Below the pieces are notes generated by a model. It was given only the letters and a program-made list of their open reading frames with translations. It had not been told where the DNA came from and made no database searches. A program made the translations under genes and the position numbers. A DNA stretch of 64,000 nt from Candidatus Dojkabacteria bacterium (lineage in GTDB: Bacteria; Patescibacteriota; Dojkabacteria; SC72): NCBI GenBank assembly GCA_050950145.1, contig JBMNHB010000001.1, forward strand, positions 300,458 to 364,457. The letters run 5' to 3'. Positions 56,728 to 64,000 of the stretch are shown here, one piece after another. Position 1 is the first letter of the stretch. Each line of letters begins with the position of its first letter.

Positions 56728-57415
56728 ATTTTCTTATTAGTTGTTTTATTACAGTTGTTTTTGGTGTTATTCCATAATCTTTAATAACCTTTTCCATATC
56801 CACTTTTTCAACTTCATTAACAATCTTGTAATTAGGATTTCTAACTACTTCTTGTTTGGCATTCTTCCTTATTACATAATATGCCATTCCACTATTATCA
56901 TCAAGGACTACTCTAGAGATAGCTTTAATAGACATTATTTCAGCAAAGATTAATGGTGTATTTTGTCTAGGATTAACAGCTACGAAGTCATAATTAGAAG
57001 GAATGATAATTTTTTGTCCTTTTTTAGCAACTATTTTTATAACCCTATTTTCTTTTGGTGACTTATATTGCTGAATTAACACTATTGCTGTTCCATTTAA
57101 TATTTCTATGATTCTTGGATACTTTTTACATCTGGTTACTTTTGTTTTAACAAACTCAATACCTGCAAGATTAGAATTCATAGTATATATGTGTAGTTTA
57201 ACCTTTTTAGAAGAGAGAACAGAATCAGTATCAACTTCAAAATACTTCTGATAGAATATTTCTGGGCAATCTAACTCTTTGTTAAGTAACTGTTCTCTTA
57301 TATCTTCAATTGTTACTATTTTCTTCCTCTTGCATCCAGAGTTTTTAAAGACTAATTCGTCATTTTCGTATATTATTGAAAATCCTGTTGTTGTCTTTAA
57401 ATCTATTTTTGCCAT
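56681..57415 (-). CDS. Cupin-fold protein resembling archaeal-type (cupin) phosphoglucose isomerase but lacking the metal-binding His/Glu residues
   Basis: 'EFVKTKVTRC...EILNGTAIVLIQ...KKGQKIIIPSNYDFVAVNPRQNTPLIFAEI' parallels the cupin-PGI 'EFFFTKGHFH...YVALKGKGGMLLQ...PGTVVYVPPYWAHRTVNIGDEPFIFLAIY' architecture by recall. HxH and the AHR His are absent. Confidence 0.3.
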   Translation of the reverse strand: MAKIDLKTTTGFSIIYENDELVFKNSGCKRKKIVTIEDIREQLLNKELDCPEIFYQKYFEVDTDSVLSSKKVKLHIYTMNSNLAGIEFVKTKVTRCKKYPRIIEILNGTAIVLIQQYKSPKENRVIKIVAKKGQKIIIPSNYDFVAVNPRQNTPLIFAEIMSIKAISRVVLDDNSGMAYYVIRKNAKQEVVRNPNYKIVNEVEKVDMEKVIKDYGITPKTTVIKQLIRKYEKFKWLFKENSVTY

Positions 57416-57469
57416 AGGACATTATACCACACACATCAATACCTATAGATTTAATATGGGAAAAACCGA

Positions 57470-57760
57470 TTAATCATTGTTTCTATATGATTTTAGAAGT
57501 TCTGAAAGTATTATTCCGATAATAATATAGAAGACTAATGATAGTACAAGTACAGCTGGTATCTGTATCTTCCATATGTTAATGGTACTATTAACTATTC
57601 CTTGGAATGGAGCAGTCACAATATCACTTATTCTTGTTATCCAATAAACAATATCATTTTCCGGATTAGCATTTATAGCTATTAATACTATTCTTACTCC
57701 TAATATTCCTTGTATTACGATAGTAGCAAAATATGCAAGTCTAATTAGTAATTTAATCAT
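57470..57760 (-). CDS. YggT-family small membrane protein
   Basis: 96 aa, two TM helices with YggT-like spacing. Confidence 0.45.
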   Translation of the reverse strand: MIKLLIRLAYFATIVIQGILGVRIVLIAINANPENDIVYWITRISDIVTAPFQGIVNSTINIWKIQIPAVLVLSLVFYIIIGIILSELLKSYRNND

Positions 57761-57762
57761 AT

Positions 57763-58515
57763 TTATATTTTATCTAAATTATCTAAATAATACTGTAATT
57801 GTTGCATATATCTTGTAACACCATTTGCCCAAGCATGTTCTGGGTTTTGACCACATGGTGGACAGTATATCGGTTCTATTTCAAAAGGAGTCATTGTAGT
57901 CCCATATCCCTGAGCAAATCGTTCTGTTATATGTATAATTGCACTATCCCAGCTAGAAAATATACTCCAACCTCTATCATTACTATTTACACCCCTCCAT
58001 CCCCATGCATTATTTGTTCCACCTGGCGTTATATTCCCAAACGCAGACTCAACACCGGAAATAGAAGCAAGTAATCTCCAATCTAACCCATGTTTATCTG
58101 CTTCCTTTACGAATGTTTCTGCACTATTTGCCATCGGTGAGTGAAAGTCACTTAAAAACTTATTCATAGCAAGAACTCTTGGATCAATTACAAAGAATTT
58201 AGTATTTGAAATAGTTGAACTATTCAAGTTCTTACTGTATGTAGACATATTGTAACTTGTTGTGTTTGCATAGATATCATAAACAGGAGAGAGTACATTT
58301 ATAGTTGTAGTTTGTTTTGCTCTCATTACTATACCAATATGCTTTATAAAAAAACTTTCAACAGAGGGAGAGATAAAAATATAATAAAAGATAAGAAAAA
58401 CAAATAAAATAGAGACTCTAAAAATATTAGAGTTAAGTATCTCTTTAACATTTAATGCTTTTTCTTGATTATGCATTTCATCTGTCATAATATCTAGTAT
58501 ATCAAATTGGGGCAA
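57763..58515 (-). CDS. Secreted GH73/glucosaminidase-like putative peptidoglycan hydrolase (paralog of 4136..4759)
   Basis: N-terminal TM. 'DKHGLDWRLLASISGVESAFGNITPGGTNNAWGWRG' and 'YCPPCG...AWANGV' shared with 4136..4759. Confidence 0.5.
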   Translation of the reverse strand: MPQFDILDIMTDEMHNQEKALNVKEILNSNIFRVSILFVFLIFYYIFISPSVESFFIKHIGIVMRAKQTTTINVLSPVYDIYANTTSYNMSTYSKNLNSSTISNTKFFVIDPRVLAMNKFLSDFHSPMANSAETFVKEADKHGLDWRLLASISGVESAFGNITPGGTNNAWGWRGVNSNDRGWSIFSSWDSAIIHITERFAQGYGTTMTPFEIEPIYCPPCGQNPEHAWANGVTRYMQQLQYYLDNLDKI

Positions 58516-58523
58516 TATATGTT

Positions 58524-61500
58524 ATGTTCACTCATTTACATTTACATACAGAGTATTCCTTACTGGATGCAACTATACGAATTTCTGATCTAATAGAGAA
58601 GCTTAAGGCTAATAACATGAATGCGTGTGCGATTACAGATCATGGAAATATGTATGGGGCATATAAGTTTCAGAGCGCAATGAAAGCTGAAGGATTAAAA
58701 CCAATAATAGGTTGTGAGATATATATTGCACCAAGAAGTATGGAAGACAAAGAATATGGCATAGATAATAACTATTTTCACTTAGTTCTCTTAGCTAAAA
58801 ACTTAGAAGGTTACAAAAACCTTGTGAAAATTGTTTCTATAGCCCATATGGATGGTTTCTACTATAGACCTAGGATTGATATTGAAACATTAAAAAAACA
58901 CACAGGAGGATTAATTGCACTCTCAGCTTGTCTTGCTGGTCCAGTAGCTCAGCCTCTTTTGAATAATGATTACAAAAAAGCCAAGGAGAATGCAGAACTA
59001 TATTCAAAACTTTTCAAAGATAATTTCTACATTGAGATTCAAAGGAATGGAATGGAAGAACAGAACTTGGTTAATGAGGGTCTTATTAAGATAGCAAAAG
59101 AATTAGATCTTCCACTAGTAGCAACTTGTGATTCCCATTACCTAAATAGAGAGGATGCTGAAATACAAGAGATTCTATGGTGTATTTCAGATGGTACAAC
59201 AATGGATGATCCAAATAGAAGGAGAATGCCCACAAACGAATTCTATGTAAAAACTCCAGAACAGATGCAAGAACTCTTTAGTGATTTACCTGAGGCAGTT
59301 GAAAACACACAAAAAATAGCTGACTCAGTAGAAGAGTATGATATTACATTTGAAAGAGTTGAGACAAAGTTTTTAGATTTACCTAAAGGTGAGACAGCTC
59401 GGTCATACTTAAAGAAATTGACATATGAAGGTGCTAAGAAGAAGTATGGTGAAATAACAAAGGAGTTGAAAGAAAGGATTGATTATGAATTATCTTTGAT
59501 ACATGAGAAAGGTTACGACGATTACTTTTTGGTAGTTAGAGACTTTGTCCATTTTTGTCACGAAAACGACATTATTGTTGGTATGAGAGGCTCAGGTTGT
59601 GGTTCTGTTGTTGCCTATGCAACAGACATTACAAATATAGAACCAATTAAATGGGAACTGTACTTTGAAAGATTTCTTAACCCTGAGCGACCAAGTCCCC
59701 CTGATTTTGATATTGATATAGCAGATCAGAGAAGAGATGAAGTTATACAATACACAATTGATAAATACGGTATAGATAATGTAAAACAGATAGGAACCTT
59801 TAGCAAACTACAAACAAGACAAGCTATTAGGGATGTTGCAAGAGTTATAGGGATTGACTTAAAAACAGCTGATGCTCTATCAAAAATGGTTGAAATAGTT
59901 TTTGGTAAATCAAAAGGTATTGACTATATGATCGAGAAGAATCCTGAATTTGCAGAAATAATTAATTCTTCAGAAGAAACAAAGCATCTTGCAAACATTG
60001 TTAGAAAAATTTCAGGCCTTTGTAGAGGGATATCTACACATGCATGTGGAATTATCATTACTCCTACACCAGTTATTGAATATTGCCCAATACAAAGAGA
60101 TGCGCACGGAGGAGGTATTGGAATGACTCAGTACGAAATGTTTGATATAGAACCTCTTGGATTAATGAAATATGACTTTCTTGGTTTAAGAAACCTCCAT
60201 GTTATTGGAGCAGCACTTAAAAAGGTTGAAAGAAGTACCGGAGAGAAAATAGATTTAAGAGAAATAGACTATGAAGATCCAAAAGTCTTTGACTTAATTA
60301 AGTCTGGACATACTGTTGGGTTATTCCAAATGGAGAGTGAAGGAATGAAAAGAACAATTAGAACTCTTCAACCAGAGAACTTGGAGGATATCTGCTATAT
60401 TCTAGCTGCCTACAGACCAGGTCCAATGCAGTACATTACTGAATATCAGGCAGTAAAAACAGGCAAACAAGAACCAGATTACATATTTGATGAACTTGAA
60501 CCAGTTCTCTCAGTTACCAGAGGAGTTATTACATACCAAGAGCAGGTAATGAGAATAGCACAGATAATTGCAGGATACTCTCTAGGAAAAGCAGATGTCT
60601 TAAGAAGAGCAATGGGAAAAAAGATAGTTGAAGTTATGGAGAAAGAGAAACCGACCTTTGTAGAAGGAGCTATAAAGAACGGCTATGATAAGGAAAAAGT
60701 GGAGAAACTCTGGGATAAATTGCTTCAGTTTGCAAACTATGGCTTTAACAAAGCACATAGTGCATCATATGCAACAATAGCATATTGGACTGCATATCTT
60801 AAAACACACTACCCTTTGGAATATATGGCAGCTCTTTTAGAAGGAGATTTAGATAAGTTTGATAGGATAATACTTGATCTAAAAGAATGTAAAAGATTAG
60901 GAATTAATGTCCTCCCACCAGATATTAACAAGAGTGGATATTACTTTACATCTGATGATAACAACAGTATATGGTTTGGACTTGGTGGGATAAAGAATAT
61001 CGGTGGTGATCTTGTTAAATTAATAATCAAAGAGAGAGAAGAGAATGGTGAGTATCAGAACTTGGATGATTTTGTACACCGTGTATATGAAGATGTTGGT
61101 AAGAAAGCGATGGAGTATCTAATAATGGCAGGGACAATGGATTCTTTTGGAGATAGGTTAGATCTGTTAAAAACTTTTCCAACAGTTTATCAGAAAGAGA
61201 AAGATGACAGGAAAGCTAGTAGTGTAGGACAATTTGACTTTTTTTCACTGGGTCAAACAGAAGAAGGACAGAATAGGACAATTGCAACTCCACTTGAAAA
61301 AGATACAGAAACTGATAGAAATGTTTTGCTACAGTGGGAAAAAGATCTTTTAGGTCTCTACTTTTCAAGTCATCCTCTTGATAATCTTCAAGAGCTTTTC
61401 ATAACAAAAAATGTGGTAACATTGGAGGATGCATTGGAGTATAAAAAGAATAATGAAATGTTGGTTCTTGGTGTTATGATTAATAAAGTAAGAAAGGTGA

Positions 61501-61922
61501 CTACAAAAAAAGGTGATATGATGGCATTTCTTTCAATAGAGGATAAGACTGCGAAAACCGATGCTATTGTATTCCCAAGAACCTACGAGGAATTGAAAGG
61601 TGTATTGAAGGAGAATGTTCCAGCTTTAATTGTTGGTAAGTTAAATGTTAGAAATGGAGAGAAGAGTATTGTTGTTGAGAAGTTAAAACCGATAGATCCG
61701 TCTAAACATAATAATATCTTTGAAGGTATTACATTTAAAATCTCACCAGAACACACAAAAGAACAAGTGTCAGATTTAAAAGGATATATAGCTAATTCTG
61801 AAGGAGATACACCTGTTAGGATTATGGTTAATGACAACGGAAAGAACAAGATTGTAGAACTAAAGAAGAAAATACCTTTGAATGATGAAACTAGACAATG
61901 GATGAATGTATTTAGTTTTTAG
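58524..61922 (+). CDS. dnaE: DNA polymerase III alpha subunit
   Basis: PHP domain 'FTHLHLHTEYSLLD', palm/fingers motifs, OB-fold C-terminus. Full length 1132 aa. Confidence 0.95.
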   Translation: MFTHLHLHTEYSLLDATIRISDLIEKLKANNMNACAITDHGNMYGAYKFQSAMKAEGLKPIIGCEIYIAPRSMEDKEYGIDNNYFHLVLLAKNLEGYKNLVKIVSIAHMDGFYYRPRIDIETLKKHTGGLIALSACLAGPVAQPLLNNDYKKAKENAELYSKLFKDNFYIEIQRNGMEEQNLVNEGLIKIAKELDLPLVATCDSHYLNREDAEIQEILWCISDGTTMDDPNRRRMPTNEFYVKTPEQMQELFSDLPEAVENTQKIADSVEEYDITFERVETKFLDLPKGETARSYLKKLTYEGAKKKYGEITKELKERIDYELSLIHEKGYDDYFLVVRDFVHFCHENDIIVGMRGSGCGSVVAYATDITNIEPIKWELYFERFLNPERPSPPDFDIDIADQRRDEVIQYTIDKYGIDNVKQIGTFSKLQTRQAIRDVARVIGIDLKTADALSKMVEIVFGKSKGIDYMIEKNPEFAEIINSSEETKHLANIVRKISGLCRGISTHACGIIITPTPVIEYCPIQRDAHGGGIGMTQYEMFDIEPLGLMKYDFLGLRNLHVIGAALKKVERSTGEKIDLREIDYEDPKVFDLIKSGHTVGLFQMESEGMKRTIRTLQPENLEDICYILAAYRPGPMQYITEYQAVKTGKQEPDYIFDELEPVLSVTRGVITYQEQVMRIAQIIAGYSLGKADVLRRAMGKKIVEVMEKEKPTFVEGAIKNGYDKEKVEKLWDKLLQFANYGFNKAHSASYATIAYWTAYLKTHYPLEYMAALLEGDLDKFDRIILDLKECKRLGINVLPPDINKSGYYFTSDDNNSIWFGLGGIKNIGGDLVKLIIKEREENGEYQNLDDFVHRVYEDVGKKAMEYLIMAGTMDSFGDRLDLLKTFPTVYQKEKDDRKASSVGQFDFFSLGQTEEGQNRTIATPLEKDTETDRNVLLQWEKDLLGLYFSSHPLDNLQELFITKNVVTLEDALEYKKNNEMLVLGVMINKVRKVTTKKGDMMAFLSIEDKTAKTDAIVFPRTYEELKGVLKENVPALIVGKLNVRNGEKSIVVEKLKPIDPSKHNNIFEGITFKISPEHTKEQVSDLKGYIANSEGDTPVRIMVNDNGKNKIVELKKKIPLNDETRQWMNVFSF

Positions 61923-61931
61923 ACATACAAC

Positions 61932-62137
61932 AGGTCTGACCTAGGTCTGCCCCATGTTAAGAAAATTTTAATCTCTAAGTTATGTACTTTCAAAAAGGTC
62001 TCCTAGTCCTCGGCTCAGGTAGTATGTACGTGTTACAAGTAAAAACAGAGGAACATGTACCCCAAAAAGGTATGTAAGAAGCAAAATTTCTCACATATTA
62101 AAAAGTTATGAATGAGGGGCAGGCCTAGGCCTGGCCT
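61932..62137. mobile_element. MITE-like GC-rich element with terminal inverted repeats (copy 2)
   Basis: Left end aggtctgacctaggtctgccccatgttaa. Right end aaaagttatgaatgaggggcaggcctaggcctggcct. Same TIRs and subterminal 'attaaaaagttatgaat' as copy 1. Interior diverged. Confidence 0.6.
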
Positions 62138-62153
62138 TGTAGTATAATTAGAC

Positions 62154-63632
62154 ATGAACATAAACCAAATAGACTTACTTCCTCTAAAGCCAGGAGTATA
62201 CAAATTCTATGACAAGAACAAAAAACTTTTGTATATAGGAAAAGCTCTTAATTTAAGAAACAGAATCAAATCATATTTTAATGACACACTCTATGACAGA
62301 CCGTATGTAAAGAAGATGATTCCTCTAATTGAAACAGTAGAAATAGTAGAAACAAATAATGAAATAGAATCGTTGGTATTGGAGGCAGCATTAATCAAAG
62401 AATTCAAACCTAAATATAATACTGATCTCAAAGACGACAAATCATATGCTTGGATATATGTATCTACAAAAGATGAATACCCTTTGATTAAAATAACAAG
62501 AAATGTATCAAGTAAGGAATTAAAAAAAGGAGAGCTCTTTGGTCCATATCCCAATATACACTCTGCCAGAAGAGTTTTCACATACCTTAGAAAACTCTAT
62601 CCTTTCTGTACATGCTCACCAGAAAGAGCAAAAAGAGAGAAAGAATGTATGTATTTTCATATTGGTCTTTGTCCAGGACCATATCAAGGACATATCACAA
62701 AAGAAGAATACAGAAGAAATATAACTGAAATACTTAAATTTCTTAAAGGTAGGAAACGAGGACAGATTGCTAAACTAGAATCTAAAATGAAACAATATTC
62801 TAAAGCAAAAGAATATGAAAAAGCTGGAGAATTAAGAGATAAAATTGAAGATCTTAAATACTTAGGAGAAAAGATAGATTTTGAGTATAACGAAAGTTCA
62901 GAATCTTATATAACAAGAAGGAAAAAACTACTACAATCTAATTTCCAAGAATTAAAAATAGAGTTAGGGTTGAAAAAACTAAACAGAATTGAATGCTATG
63001 ATATCTCTAATATACAAGGTAAAGAAGCGTATGGTTCAATGGTAGTTGCAGAAAAAGGAGAGATTAAAAGAAGTGAGTATAGGATTTTTAGAATAAAAAC
63101 TCTTGAGACTCCCAATGATACGCAGATGCTAAAAGAAGTCCTTTCTAGAAGATTTAATGAAAAGCAAAAAGAAAAATACAGTTCATATCCAGAGATTGTC
63201 CTAATAGACGGTGGTAAAGGACAACTATCTGTAGTAGAACCCTCTATTCCCAAAAATATCTATTTACTAGGTATTACAAAGGGAAGAAAATACAAAAGAA
63301 AAGGAGGCCATTTACTTGACGAATTTTGGTATATGAATAGAGGTAGTAAAAAGGTAGAGAAAATAAAGATTATCAATAAAGATGTACTAATAGATCTAAG
63401 AGATGAAGCGCATAGATTTGCTATTCTTCATCATAGAAAAGCAAGAGTTAGAGAGAGTAAAAAATCTGAATTAATTAAGATTAACGGAGTAGGAGAGAAG
63501 AGCAGGGTAAAACTTCTTAAAAACTTCAAATCGATTGAGAATATTAAAAAGGCTAATTTGGAAGATATTAATATGGTTTTGAACAATAAAAAGATAAGTA
63601 AGTTAGTTTACGAATATTTCAGAAAGAATTAA
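62154..63632 (+). CDS. uvrC: Excinuclease ABC subunit C
   Basis: GIY-YIG 'PGVYKFYDKNKKLLYIGKALNLRNRIKSYF', UvrBC domain, C-terminal RNase H-like and HhH regions. Confidence 0.9.
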   Translation: MNINQIDLLPLKPGVYKFYDKNKKLLYIGKALNLRNRIKSYFNDTLYDRPYVKKMIPLIETVEIVETNNEIESLVLEAALIKEFKPKYNTDLKDDKSYAWIYVSTKDEYPLIKITRNVSSKELKKGELFGPYPNIHSARRVFTYLRKLYPFCTCSPERAKREKECMYFHIGLCPGPYQGHITKEEYRRNITEILKFLKGRKRGQIAKLESKMKQYSKAKEYEKAGELRDKIEDLKYLGEKIDFEYNESSESYITRRKKLLQSNFQELKIELGLKKLNRIECYDISNIQGKEAYGSMVVAEKGEIKRSEYRIFRIKTLETPNDTQMLKEVLSRRFNEKQKEKYSSYPEIVLIDGGKGQLSVVEPSIPKNIYLLGITKGRKYKRKGGHLLDEFWYMNRGSKKVEKIKIINKDVLIDLRDEAHRFAILHHRKARVRESKKSELIKINGVGEKSRVKLLKNFKSIENIKKANLEDINMVLNNKKISKLVYEYFRKN

Positions 63633-63641
63633 TAAAAGAAA

Positions 63642-63986
63642 CTATCTTAACTTTCTACTCTCTTGTGGTTGTAGATTGGAGAAAACTGTTTCAAAAAAAG
63701 GATTATTCTCAGGGTTTCCATCTAAAACATAACCAATTCCTCTGTTAGGTTCAACTAGTACAGCAATATCATGAACTCCATCACTACATGTTATCTTTCC
63801 TTTTATACCTTTTATAAATTCTGTATATGCCAATTCTGTTCTTGTAATCCCGCATTTTAATTCTTTATTCTCACTATTTACTTGTTCTATATATTTATGC
63901 AAAAAGTGGTCTAATGCTTGACCATTATATGAATCAATAGGTATTAACTGTATCTTCTCTTCACCTCCCAGCTTTCTAAGCAACAT
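63642..63986 (-). CDS. Hypothetical protein (start may lie beyond window edge)
   Basis: 114-aa ORF with protein-like composition and no recognised motif. The reading frame remains open upstream to the window end. Confidence 0.3.
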   Translation of the reverse strand: MLLRKLGGEEKIQLIPIDSYNGQALDHFLHKYIEQVNSENKELKCGITRTELAYTEFIKGIKGKITCSDGVHDIAVLVEPNRGIGYVLDGNPENNPFFETVFSNLQPQESRKLR

Positions 63987-64000
63987 CTGTCTGTGATCCT

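Noticed and set aside
56741-56953. Small antisense ORFs inside large genes (e.g. 56741..56953, 47306..47593, 51622..52002, 61583..61849)
   Set aside because: All lie within and opposite to well-supported long genes and have Phe/Ile/Ser/Leu-rich composition, typical of antisense K/E-rich coding sequence.
1-64000. Alternative genetic code (UGA = Gly or Trp, as in some CPR and Mycoplasma-like lineages)
   Set aside because: Conserved genes end at TGA, TAA and TAG at the positions expected from homologues (e.g. the 37353 ORF ends TGA, dnaE ends TAG, ileS ends TAA). No conserved protein is interrupted by in-frame TGA. Standard code 11 is assumed.
1-64000. CRISPR arrays, rRNA operons, integrases or transposases
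   Set aside because: No regularly spaced short direct repeats were found. No rRNA-like conserved stretches. No ORF carries tyrosine or serine recombinase, or DDE or HUH transposase, motifs. The only repeats are the 716-bp gene-internal duplication and the two MITE-like elements.

Overview
AT-rich (~30% GC), gene-dense bacterial chromosome segment, standard genetic code (TAA, TAG and TGA all terminate intact conserved genes such as dnaE and ileS). K/E-rich proteins with low-complexity tails, small intergenic spacers and the gene content suggest a reduced-genome, possibly CPR/Patescibacteria-like organism; this is inference only. The content is mostly housekeeping: ileS 3' end, carD, yvcK-like, prs, hpf, envC-like M23 peptidase, ftsX, ftsE, prfB, two divergent gpmI paralogs, uppP, a GT4 glycosyltransferase, a division block (ftsQ-like, ftsA, ftsZ, ftsW/rodA), rplU, rpmA, TrmH, parB, parA, lepB, gatB, dCMP deaminase, rnhB, a UvrD/HelD-like helicase, rplS, dnaE and uvrC. 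Nine tRNA genes were read by hand: Asn, Phe, Gly-GCC, Glu, Leu-TAG, Thr-CGT, Gly-CCC, Lys and Gly-TCC. The non-routine signals are: (1) two tandem genes for large secreted multidomain proteins (6585-11382) whose 3' ~716 bp are near-identical at DNA level, and which join two smaller secreted paralogs (4136-4759, 57763-58515) in a four-member family with GH73/lysozyme-like signatures; (2) two copies of a ~205-bp GC-rich element with ~22-bp terminal inverted repeats (CCTAGG core), MITE-like, both sitting in intergenic spacers next to DNA repair or replication genes (helicase; dnaE/uvrC); (3) a tRNA-bounded islet (36927-38661) containing a compositionally atypical Cys/Trp-rich ORF with a perfect extended -10 box and a strong SD; (4) a minus-strand four-gene operon of secreted or odd-fold hypotheticals (transglutaminase-like, cupin-PGI-like without metal ligands) next to an XRE regulator; (5) a degenerate-motif Fic protein coupled to gatB and an RNHCP zinc-ribbon gene coupled to the helicase. 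No CRISPR array, integrase, transposase or rRNA was seen.
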